64,000 nucleotides of DNA from Methanobacteriota archaeon (lineage in GTDB: Archaea; Halobacteriota; Bog-38; Methanoflorentales; Methanoflorentaceae). The notes beneath the pieces were generated by a model that did no database searches, was not told where the DNA came from, and worked only from the letters and a program-made list of their open reading frames with translations. This document shows, piece by piece, positions 20,455 through 29,817 of this stretch. Positions within the stretch are counted from its first letter, which is position 1, and each line of letters opens with the position of its first letter. Where the stretch lies: the NCBI GenBank assembly GCA_963719035.1, contig CAVRAO010000006.1, positions 96,001-160,000 of the forward strand, given 5' to 3'. The translations under genes were made by a program, and so were the position numbers.

Positions 20455-21639
20455 ATGGCGCCGTCATATGCTGAGACGAAAGATCAAAGCGTGGTCAGCG
20501 GCGACTATTGCGCCGGGCTTCAGGAACCAACAGACGATATGCACGACACCCCCGAGGAGATGGCGCAGTGGGGACCGCTTGCTGCCGCTCTCCAAAGCTG
20601 CCAAGACATCGTCGAACCGGCGTATCAGGCGGCGGATCACACGGCTGTGCACTTCCAGAGACAACATCAGGCCATTACCGTCGCGGCCGCCGTCTTCGGT
20701 ACCTTCGCTGTCCTTTTTGCGATCCTCCAGCTGCCCCGAATTATCAGCGGATTTGTCGTATCGATTCCCGTAGCTGAGGGCATCACGGCGGCAATCGCGT
20801 TCATAGCGGTCCTGCTCGGCATCTTCACGCTTCGACAAGTGAGGTGGATGTTCCTCCGCCATAAGGCTGAGCGGTTCAAGTTCCTCAAGTTCCACTTTTT
20901 GATTGACCCGCATCTTTGGGGCGCCGACCCCGACGAACGGGAACGAACGGCGCAATGGCTCAAATACTCGGCTAACAAGATCGCCGAACTGACGAACGAG
21001 GAGCTGGAGACCTGGGCAGAGCACGGCATCCTCCCAGAAGAGTCGGCCAGCTTAGCAGGCAGCAAGGCCGATGCGTACACGTTGTACAAGCTCGTCGATT
21101 ATTACCTAACCAAACGCTGCAGAAATCAGCTGAAGTATTTTGAACGCAAGGCCCAGCAGTTTTCAAGCAGGGATCGCTACATTAAGGCGTTGCCTCGCCT
21201 TCTGTTCTTTGGGAGCATTTTTGCCGCGCTGATGCACTTCTCCCTCGACCTTTTCGAAACGTACCTCCTCCCGCACGGGGAGGTGGCGGCTCAGACCGCC
21301 GAAGCGGCGACAGAGACTGCACCCCCCATCAACCTGACCGTGGCTTTGATCCTCGTTGCCGCTTCGCTCCCCGTCATCGGAGCGGGCGTCCGGACGTTCC
21401 GATCGGCCTACCAGCTCGCCCGCAACACGAGCCGCTACAAGGCGGCTTTCGAAGCGATCAAGCTGCCAGCCGAACGACTTGAACTTGATGCCGGACGCCT
21501 CTATGGACTCTACGCTGAGGGGCACACGGCAGTCGACGCCCACGACGTCTTTCGCGACATGTGGCGCTGTGAGCAGATCTTAGAGGCCGAACATCGCGAG
21601 TGGTTGCGCTTAATGATGGAAGCCGACTGGTTTGGCTAG
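20455..21639 (+). CDS. SLATT/DUF4231-like membrane protein with two 2-TM modules
   Basis: Y.AAD..A..FQ.. TM-TM W...R..AE..K, then Y...R...Q..YF..KA TM-TM ..RY..E.IL..E.REW; AGGTG SD before ATG 20455. Confidence 0.8.
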   Translation: MAPSYAETKDQSVVSGDYCAGLQEPTDDMHDTPEEMAQWGPLAAALQSCQDIVEPAYQAADHTAVHFQRQHQAITVAAAVFGTFAVLFAILQLPRIISGFVVSIPVAEGITAAIAFIAVLLGIFTLRQVRWMFLRHKAERFKFLKFHFLIDPHLWGADPDERERTAQWLKYSANKIAELTNEELETWAEHGILPEESASLAGSKADAYTLYKLVDYYLTKRCRNQLKYFERKAQQFSSRDRYIKALPRLLFFGSIFAALMHFSLDLFETYLLPHGEVAAQTAEAATETAPPINLTVALILVAASLPVIGAGVRTFRSAYQLARNTSRYKAAFEAIKLPAERLELDAGRLYGLYAEGHTAVDAHDVFRDMWRCEQILEAEHREWLRLMMEADWFG

Positions 21640-21800
21640 TCCAGAAAAAAGCGCTTAGAAGAACGAAAAACGTCAAAAGGCGCTCTGTGGCGGCGGAATC
21701 GCCGATCGCGCATACAGCCGAAAAGCTTAATATAAGAAGCGATCAACAAGCTTGAACAATTGTTTGTCACTAACTGCCACGGTATGTAAACTGGTGTACC

Positions 21801-22835
21801 ATGGGCGATAACATCTTCATCAGCTACTCTTCAAAAAATAAGGCCATCGCTGACGCCGTTTGTCATAAGCTTGAAGAACGGAAGATGAAATGCTGGATTG
21901 CGCCTCGTGACATCCTGCCTGGTGCAAATTACGCTGAAGAGCTCATTAATGCTATTGATAACAGCAAGCTCTTTGTGCTCATTTTTTCCAAAGACTCGAA
22001 CCAGTCACAACACGTGCTTCGAGAGTGCGAGCGCGCCGTCTCCCACGGGATTCCTATCATTCCGTTCCGCATAGAGGACGTGCTTCCCGGCGCTGCGCTG
22101 CAATACTTCATCGGGCCACAGCATTGGCTCGATGCGATAACTGCGCCGTGTGACGCTCATATAAATCGCCTCGCTGATACTGTTAACATTCTCCTTACCC
22201 AAGAAGACCTCACGCAGAAGAGCGCCGGCGAAATGCTCGCTGATGCCGAAGCGCTCGCGGTACAGCGGCAACAACAGGTCACAAAGATGAAGCGGACCAC
22301 GATGGTGCTCGCTGCCGCGATAGTCGTGCTCGCCGTTATCGGCGGTGGGTGGTTTATTTCTCAACAGATGAGTCAGGCGAGCATGAACCTCGTGCCGTAT
22401 GTGAACGCTGCTGCTGGATTCAAGATGGAAGCCCCGCAAGGATGGGAAAAGGTTGATCGGACACCCACTACCGACAATCCAATAGCAGCGATTTTCTATT
22501 TGCCGACGAATAATAAGTCCGAACAAGTTAACATCATAGTGACGCCGGCAGAAGGTGCCGACTTTGATAAGGTGACGACGACTAACCTGGATAACGCACA
22601 AACGTTGGTGGACAATAAAAAGATCGACATGATCGAGTCAAGCGAAACCACGTTAGGCGGTCAGACGGCGTACAAGATCGTCTACAACAATAATGCCGCC
22701 GGCTTGAGGAGTATGCAAATCTGGACCGTCAAAAACGATACGGTCTACCAATTCACTTATAACGCGCAGCCACAGCACTACAACGATTATATTGCGACCG
22801 TCCAAAAGATGGTCGACTCGTTCCAAATCACGTAA
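21801..22835 (+). CDS. TIR domain - single TM - PsbP/DcrB-like extracellular domain protein
   Basis: IFISYSS..K..AD..C..LE...CWIAPRDI.PG..Y, S..SN.S.HV.RE (catalytic Glu position); TM at ~aa167-186; Y.N...GF....P.GW and ..M..SF C-terminal motifs. Confidence 0.88.
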   Translation: MGDNIFISYSSKNKAIADAVCHKLEERKMKCWIAPRDILPGANYAEELINAIDNSKLFVLIFSKDSNQSQHVLRECERAVSHGIPIIPFRIEDVLPGAALQYFIGPQHWLDAITAPCDAHINRLADTVNILLTQEDLTQKSAGEMLADAEALAVQRQQQVTKMKRTTMVLAAAIVVLAVIGGGWFISQQMSQASMNLVPYVNAAAGFKMEAPQGWEKVDRTPTTDNPIAAIFYLPTNNKSEQVNIIVTPAEGADFDKVTTTNLDNAQTLVDNKKIDMIESSETTLGGQTAYKIVYNNNAAGLRSMQIWTVKNDTVYQFTYNAQPQHYNDYIATVQKMVDSFQIT

Positions 22836-23149
22836 TTGGCGCGCGCGCCACGGAAGGTGCCTTTTTCTTTCTCAACTCACTATTTGGACATTTGCCTTCG
22901 CTTTAAACATCAGTTAAAAGGCGCCAAGGCGGTTCACGATCCAGCGGGCTTATCCAATTGTTTAGTTCATGTGGGGTCGCTGACTTAATAGGCTCGACGG
23001 TCACTTTAGCGGCTAGCGTTATGTCTATGCGTAAACGGCATAGCGGCGTTCAACAGAAACGTTTATGAGGGTAAACTCTGTCTTTTTTCCGCATGGTGCT
23101 GCGCTTTGCAGCAACAGCTACGTTACGTAATTTTCACAAGGCGATCAAG

Positions 23150-24525
23150 ATGAATGACGACAGCAACTTAAAAAGCCTCCTTGCTGATTTAGGGAGTTCG
23201 GAATGGCACACGAGAGTTGAGGCCGTGCGAGCGCTCCGTAAGCTCGGCGACAAGCGTGCCGTGGAGCCCGTCATTGGTACGTTGAGCGACGAAAACAAGG
23301 TGGTGCGCAAGTACGCGGCATACACGCTCGACAAGCTCGGCGACAAGCGTGCCGTGGAGCCGCTTATAACCACGCTAAGCGACGAGAGCACGAGCGTTAG
23401 GAGCATGGCAGCTCAATCACTCGGCCACCTCGGCGATGCGCGGGCCGTTGAGCCGCTTATAGATTCCTTGAACGACGAGGAATGGCTCGTTCGCGATGCA
23501 GCAGCACATGCGCTCAGTCACCTCGCCGACAAGCGTGCCGTGGAGCCGCTCCTTACTGCAATCAACGACGAGCACTGGTTCGTTCGCGAAGCCGCAGTGC
23601 GCGCTGTTAGCAAGTTGGATGATGAACGGGCCCTGGAACCGCTCATTTCCGAGGCGTTTAATGACGAGCACTGGTTCGTTCGCGAAGCCGCAGTGCAATC
23701 GCTCGCATCGCTTGGCGACCCGCGGGCCGTTGAACCACTCATCACGATTGTGACGAGTCCAAAAAGCGACGCGGAGAGAAGTACCATGGGCGACATATAC
23801 GTTCGAAAGGCGGCGGCACAGGCGCTGGGCACGCTCCACGATAAACGAGCTATGGAACCGCTCATTGTCGCGTTGACCGACGAGTACCCGTAGTTCGTGA
23901 AGAAGCAGCCCGTGGTCTCGGTCAGCTCCACGATAAACGCCCTGTTACTCGACTTATCCGCGCGTTGGACGATGAATATTGGACCGTCCGCGAAGCAGTA
24001 GCACGCAGTCTTGGCCAGATTAATGACGACCGGGCCGAAGACGCCCTCTTTGACACCGCTGTGGGCAACCGGCCCTGGATTCGTGACCTGGATGACCAGG
24101 ACAAGTACGTGCGCAGTGTGGCGACACACTCCCTCTGGAAAATGGGCGATATGCGCGCCATCGATGCGCTGATCGACAACCTGCAGAGCGAGGATCGCTT
24201 TGTGCGCAAAGCCGCAGCTGAAACGCTTGGGGAGCTCGGTGACAACCGCGCGGTTGATCCGCTCGTTGATGTTCTCGCCAATTCTGATAGCAACGACCGA
24301 GCGCACGCAGCTGACGCGTTAGGCAAGATCGGCGATGCGCGGGCCGTTGAGCCGCTGATCCACGCCTTAGGCAATGAAAATTCGTCAGTTCGTAACTACG
24401 CAGCTTACGCCCTCGGTCAACTCAAAGATCCGCGGGCGATCGATCCGCTCACTCGAGCTTCTAATGATGTTGACATCGACGTCCGAGATTCCGCTGCTCA
24501 CGCATTGTGGAGGCTTCAACGCTGA
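23150..24525 (+). CDS. HEAT (PBS-lyase-like) repeat protein, one frameshift near 23889
   Basis: About 13 repeats VR..AA.ALG.LGD.RAVEPLI..L.DE; restoring 1 nt joins ORFs 23093-23893 and 23965-24525 via VVREEAARGLGQLHDKR. Confidence 0.85.
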
Positions 24526-24756
24526 AGAGAGTGTCTCTCGCTTATAGTCGCGCGACTTATTCGTACCTCGACCGCGGGCCCCCCTCAAGACCTATTTAGC
24601 CCGCTTTAGGTAAACAACGTTCTTTTTAAGGCGCGGTTTGAATAAGAGCCCAGAGCAGAAGTGGTCAGAAAAGTTAATCAAAAAAAGACCTGCAAAATCT
24701 TCCTCAAGCGGCGCACAAACTGCTGTGCGCCAAGTTTAGGCTACATGTCGTTTCTC

Positions 24757-25267
24757 TCACGCCGCAGAAGCTTTGATTCCCTTCTCAAGAGTTGAGACAA
24801 AGTTCTGGACCGTTGGGATGTGTTTTCCTTTTACAACCTCTTTCGTTGTCGTGTAGAAAGTCGCGACCGGAGGCTTACCGGCGAGTTCCTGCATATCCTG
24901 CAGCGTGGTCTTATTCCCAGAGAAGTCATAAGTGCAGAAGAACGCAGCGTTTTTTACTTTGCCAGCGTTTTGCACCATGTTACGTCCTAAGTGCACTGGC
25001 CACTGTATACGCCCATACCGGGCCGCCAAGTATTACGACGTCATACGACGAGGGATCGTACATCGTCGGCTTGATCGGAACCTCTTTCTTTTCTGTCGAC
25101 TCTTGGTAAGAGAGTTTGTAGCCTGCAGTGCCCGCTCGATTGGTGGGATCGATGAGTTCCTCTAAGTCACATTTGAACGCCGTCTGTTGTCCAATAGTGC
25201 TCATAACCGTTCTCGCAACCTTTCTTGCCGTTCCGGTTCTAGAATAGTATGCGATGAGGCACTTCAT
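24757..25267 (-). CDS. Flavodoxin-like protein (one frameshift near 24980)
   Basis: LIAYYSRTGT, YDVVILGGPVW, AFFCT; removing one A gives ALRTYMVQNAGKVK. Confidence 0.8.
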
Positions 25268-25444
25268 AAGTTTAGACGGTGCCTGAAATCCTATTTAACT
25301 TTTTCTAGACCGACCCAATCCTGGATTTATCGCAAAAAGAACGAGTTGTAACTGCAGCACTGTTGGACACTGTTATCGCTGAACGCGACCCGCACCGCTC
25401 GAGTGATCGGGGACACCTGTGATCAGCGGCCGCGCCTTTAAACG

Positions 25445-25972
25445 TTAAGCTAGCAATGCCTTTCGCACTTCCCGCGCGTTTTCCTGGCTCGTCAGCACTG
25501 TTACAAGATCGATAGCAAAGTCGATGGCGGTTCCCGGTCCCTGGCTCGTGATGATCTTGCCGAAGTGCACTACCCGCTCTTCAACACGTCGCGCGCCCGC
25601 GATTTCGATTCCTGGAAAGCACGTCGCCGTCGCCCCTTCCATGATTCCTGCAACGCCGAGCACGTGCGGCGCAGCGCAAATCGCACCGACGTATTTGCCT
25701 GCGTCGTATGCTGCGCGTATAAGCTTCAATACGCGTTGATCGCGTTCGAGGTTGATATAACCGGGGTTCCCCCCTGGAAGGACCAAGGCGTCATACGTCT
25801 TGACGTCGTCGATAGAGAGGTCCGTCATCACCTTGATCCCGTGCCCACCTTCTATAGGCGAAGGGGCTATACCAGCAAGGAGGACCGATATGCCCGCACG
25901 GCGAAGGACGTCAACAATCGTGACCGTCTCGAGTTCTTCAAATCCTGGGGCAAGAAGGACAACTACATTCAT
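25445..25972 (-). CDS. DJ-1/ThiJ/PfpI family protein
   Basis: GFEELE, D.LRRAG, LPGG, AICAAP, TSQGPGTA. Confidence 0.92.
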   Translation of the reverse strand: MNVVVLLAPGFEELETVTIVDVLRRAGISVLLAGIAPSPIEGGHGIKVMTDLSIDDVKTYDALVLPGGNPGYINLERDQRVLKLIRAAYDAGKYVGAICAAPHVLGVAGIMEGATATCFPGIEIAGARRVEERVVHFGKIITSQGPGTAIDFAIDLVTVLTSQENAREVRKALLA

Positions 25973-26622
25973 AGGTCCCTCTCAGGCCTCTAGGCTCTTA
26001 AGCGTTTTTAACTCTGCGCAGGTCCTTCTTCCTACAACCAAGGCTATAAGTAAGGTCGCTCATCCTCTGTCGAGGCAATGCGATGCTAGAGATTATAGTT
26101 CAAGAGATTCGAGGGACATGCCCGGTGCATTCAAAAGGGGATCGTATCGTCATTAGCGGGCCCAATATCGGTACTAGCGGAAAGCGACGCGCTCTGCACC
26201 CACGCGCTCTCAACCCTTCTCCACTACACGACCGTCCTCGAACATGCGTGGTGCCCTGTTGATCTCGGCCTGACAACGCCCGAAGACCCTTCGCATGCCT
26301 ATATGCAGTGTGTAGACCCGGGGCCGCCGTATACGAAAGGTGGAACGGTCATCTTTAGGTGTCAGCAAATAGTAGGTAAGTGAGAGTATATCAGAGCACG
26401 TGTGTGCCGAAAGACGGATGTTTTCACCGTCTGTTACCGTTGAAACGACGTATAACTAAGGCTTCTCTTGCTTAACTGGCAGACAGGTAATAAGTTCTGA
26501 CAGCGTGCTTCAAGTTTTCGGCAGCTTTCGGGCTCGCGCTGCGTGGAATCACTGGAACGGAAAACGTTTAATGGTTTCGCGTACACTTACTCCCGCTTCA
26601 CGTGTAGGGGAAAGCAGTGCAT

Positions 26623-27162
26623 ATGGCGTCGCGAAAGTTGAAAGCAGTGCTCGCAGCAGCTGTGATAGCAACCGTTCTCACAAGCGGCTGTTTGTCTTCC
26701 CTTCCGTCAGGCTCCACCCCTACAGCCACGCCACAAGATTTATCCGCATCGTACGATGCTTCCTTCGTTCTGAGCGGCTGGCGTGCTGTTAGTAAATTCA
26801 CTCAAATAAAGCCCAAAACCTATGTGGGCGCTTATGCAGATGCAAAAGGGCAAAAATGGAACTTCACAGTCGAACTATTTTCAGCCGAAAACAATTCATA
26901 CGACAGGTATTTCGAGCTTATGAAAAAGAGGAGTGACGAGGGGTATATCAAAACGTCCGAATCGAAGATAGCGCTCGGAACCGGTCACACTGTCTTTGGG
27001 AGAATTGACGAGAAATGGTACGGCTACAAAGCAAGCGATTCAGCAAACCCCGCATTATATGCGTTGTTCTTTGGATATGATGAGACCGCTGAAAGCTGGG
27101 TGGTGGCAACTGCCTCAAGCGGTGCGATGATCATGACACAGACTACTACCGCGTCGTCTTAA
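26623..27162 (+). CDS. Hypothetical lipoprotein
   Basis: Leader with lipobox TSGC. Confidence 0.7.
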   Translation: MASRKLKAVLAAAVIATVLTSGCLSSLPSGSTPTATPQDLSASYDASFVLSGWRAVSKFTQIKPKTYVGAYADAKGQKWNFTVELFSAENNSYDRYFELMKKRSDEGYIKTSESKIALGTGHTVFGRIDEKWYGYKASDSANPALYALFFGYDETAESWVVATASSGAMIMTQTTTASS

Positions 27163-27200
27163 CTGCCCGTTAAATGCAAAAAACTCCGACCTAAGACACA

Positions 27201-27245
27201 GAGGAGGACACCAGAGAGGAGGACACTAGAGAGGAGGACACCAGA
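27201..27245. repeat. 15-bp tandem repeat x3
   Basis: GAGGAGGACACYAGA x3, intergenic. Confidence 0.9.
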
Positions 27246-27322
27246 GAGACGGCAGCCGCTTTCATTTTCAGCGCGGATCAACGCAGCAGTTCAGACCCAT
27301 ATCGGCTTGATGCGTTCCTGAC

Positions 27323-27589
27323 CTAGTACGCGTAACTGGATTCCTTCCACCCGTACGTATCGTGAAGACTCATCCACGTCCGAATCTTCGCGACTATTAG
27401 ATAAACGTGGTTCCGCACCCGCTCCGGGATTGTAACGTCGTACATTCTATCCTGGAGGTATTGAAATGCCTCACCACTGTGAGAGCACCTCTGCATGAGC
27501 TTTTCGACAGCGTTCTCCGCACCCTTGCCCGACAAGTCGCCGAGTTCAAAAAGCAACTCATCCACTTCGGCAAAGTCTTTAAACATCAC
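27323..27589 (-). CDS. Hypothetical protein
   Basis: 88-aa ORF with TTTAAA TATA-like element upstream. Confidence 0.55.
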   Translation of the reverse strand: MMFKDFAEVDELLFELGDLSGKGAENAVEKLMQRCSHSGEAFQYLQDRMYDVTIPERVRNHVYLIVAKIRTWMSLHDTYGWKESSYAY

Positions 27590-27782
27590 AAAAAGGTTAA
27601 AACCGCTTTAAATAACGGTTTGGTAAGCACAGCGCGAAAGTAATATGCTAAAAAAAACATTTTCACACCTTTCGTCAAACTGCTTTCTTGAGTGCTTTGC
27701 AGAACTCATTAGTCGAAAATCAAGCAGCTCTGCTCAAACTGCACGATACTGCTTCAGCGCTTCTCGCTTGAGCCCTGGATGG

Positions 27783-28015
27783 TTATGACGAATCGAGGCC
27801 ACCAAAATATCGCTTGACAAACTGGTCAGCTTCTTCGTCTCGCGGTTCAAAAAGAATTCCTTGGTCGCCAGGAAAAGGTACGCGGTGATCATGTTCCCAA
27901 GACAGGATTGCCGGCTGGTATACCATCAGGATACGCTTCACACGTCGCTCGAGGGAAAGACGACGTCGCGAAAGTGTTTGCATAACGAGCATATTGGTGT
28001 CGCGAGTAAGGTCAT
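27783..28015 (-). pseudogene. Small Cys/His protein (CxxCKH...CxAYPxGIP...DH..PFPGDxGI.FEP), two frameshifts
   Basis: Manual frame-joining gives MTLLATPICSLCKHFR..ATCEAYPDGIPA.ILSWEHDHRVPFPGDQGILFEP. Confidence 0.6.
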
Positions 28016-28185
28016 GGGGCGATCACTCATCTTAACGTGACAAGTGGCAAAAAAACTTTGTATGCCTTTGCACACGTTGCGAAGAATAATCTTGGCGAGT
28101 TCCGCTTGAGCGAGCTACAAGTCGCGTACTAGCTTAAGAGGATTTTTTATATAGATCGGGCGGGTATAGGGCAGCAGGTGTTAAC

Positions 28186-28716
28186 GTGACTAATTTGTGG
28201 AAATCGCTTCCTGTAGGCCCCAACCCACCCGACGTAGTGTATGCGCTTATCGAGGTGCCAAAGGGGTCGCAGAACAAGTACGAATATGAGAAAGAGCTTG
28301 GTATCTTTGCCGTCGACCGCGTGCTATATTCGCCTGTGCAATATCCAACTGACTACGGGCTCATTCCCCAGACGTACTATGATGATGGAGATCCGTTGGA
28401 CGTCATGGTGGTAATAGACGAACCAACCTTCCCTGGTTGCCTCATTGCGGTCAGGCCAATCGGCTTGATGAAGATGATCGATAGCGGCGATAACGATGAC
28501 AAGGTCTTAGCCGTACCAGATAAAGACCCAATGTACGCAGAGGTCAAAGACCTTGAAGACTTACCCCCGCACAAAATGAAAGCGATTGGACACTTTTTTG
28601 CAATATATAAACAGCTTGAGGGAAAGACGACCGAAGTAGTTGGTTGGGAAGGCGCCGTTAGTGCTAAAAAAGCGATAATGCATTCAATAGAACTCTATAA
28701 CGATAAATTCGGTTGA
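28186..28716 (+). CDS. ppa: Inorganic pyrophosphatase (family I)
   Basis: KYE, DR.LYS..YP.DYG, DGDPLD, DDK. Confidence 0.96.
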   Translation: MTNLWKSLPVGPNPPDVVYALIEVPKGSQNKYEYEKELGIFAVDRVLYSPVQYPTDYGLIPQTYYDDGDPLDVMVVIDEPTFPGCLIAVRPIGLMKMIDSGDNDDKVLAVPDKDPMYAEVKDLEDLPPHKMKAIGHFFAIYKQLEGKTTEVVGWEGAVSAKKAIMHSIELYNDKFG

Positions 28717-28886
28717 TTGATTTCTCGGCGTCTACAAGCTCACAAATCTAAGGTTTATTCACGAACCCAAGACTCAAAGCTTAGATCTGGCTCGAGCGTC
28801 TCTGATGTGTTAGATCATAAAGCGCGCCGAGCCGGTCCTACTGTCAAGATTTCATCGTATTAAGACTGTGCAGTGAGACAGGTGTT

Positions 28887-29708
28887 ATGGATATTACACA
28901 GCTGATACAGGCAATCGTCCTCGGGATCGTGCAGGGAGTCACTGAGTGGCTCCCCATAAGCAGCAAGGCGATGGTCTCGCTCGTTATGATAAGATTCTTC
29001 AACGCTGATGTCACCCTCTCCGAGGCCGTCTACTATGCGATCTGGCTTCACCTTGGGACGCTCTTTGCGGTCATCCTTTTTTACAGGGTCCAAGTCGTGC
29101 AAATCGTCAGAAACCTTCCCCATTATCTCTCCAACGTGCGCTCCCCGAGTGCCTATAACCGGCTTACGACGTTCTTGATAATTGCTACGTTTTGTACAGG
29201 ACTCATCGGCGCCCCGCTGATCGTCTTCGGATTAGACAAAATCCACATCACAGGCAGCGTTGCCTTTTTCTTCATCGGCGTTCTGCTCATCGTGACAGGC
29301 ATCTTCCAAAAGCTCGCTCGAAGAACGGTGAGTGCGAACAAGAGTATGTCAGTCAAGGATGCATTGCTCGTCGGCGTCATTCAGGGATTTGCCGCCCTCC
29401 CTGGACTAAGTCGATCGGGTCTCACGGTCTCCACGTTGCTGCTACGCCGATATGCGCCGACAGACGCACTCAATCTCAGCTTCCTTCTCTATATCCCGGC
29501 CGTTATCGGCGCTGAGATCGGTTTGCAGATCCTAAAGGGGGGTATTTATTATAACGCGTATGCGCTCCTAGCCGTCGTCGTCGCCTTCGCCTTTGGATTG
29601 CTGACAATAAACGTCCTTCTTAAGATCGCTGAACGCATCGATTTCAGCTACTTTGCGATTTTTATCGGCGTTCTTTGCACGCTGGCTATATTTGTGCCGT
29701 TAACTTGA
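28887..29708 (+). CDS. uppP: Undecaprenyl-diphosphate phosphatase (BacA/UppP family)
   Basis: GIVQGVTEWLPISS, HLGT, PGLSRSG.T. Confidence 0.9.
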   Translation: MDITQLIQAIVLGIVQGVTEWLPISSKAMVSLVMIRFFNADVTLSEAVYYAIWLHLGTLFAVILFYRVQVVQIVRNLPHYLSNVRSPSAYNRLTTFLIIATFCTGLIGAPLIVFGLDKIHITGSVAFFFIGVLLIVTGIFQKLARRTVSANKSMSVKDALLVGVIQGFAALPGLSRSGLTVSTLLLRRYAPTDALNLSFLLYIPAVIGAEIGLQILKGGIYYNAYALLAVVVAFAFGLLTINVLLKIAERIDFSYFAIFIGVLCTLAIFVPLT

Positions 29709-29817
29709 AGTTCGCAGTTCCGGGACGCAGACTCACCGTTGCGAACAATTTAACAACTTAACGTAAGCATCGTCACACGTGCGAACGTTTTTAACCATTC
29801 GCGAGAACAGCGGCTTG

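Noticed and set aside
23880-23965. TAG in the HEAT gene as pyrrolysine or amber readthrough
   Set aside because: The repeat consensus resumes in a different frame, so this is a 1-nt deletion, not an in-frame stop
26150-26460. Intergenic region as SRP or RNase P RNA
   Set aside because: No SRP helix-8 or RNase P GAGGAAAGTCC signatures; only one small hairpin
27201-27245. Possible CRISPR array
   Set aside because: Units are contiguous 15-mers with no spacers, and there are no cas genes
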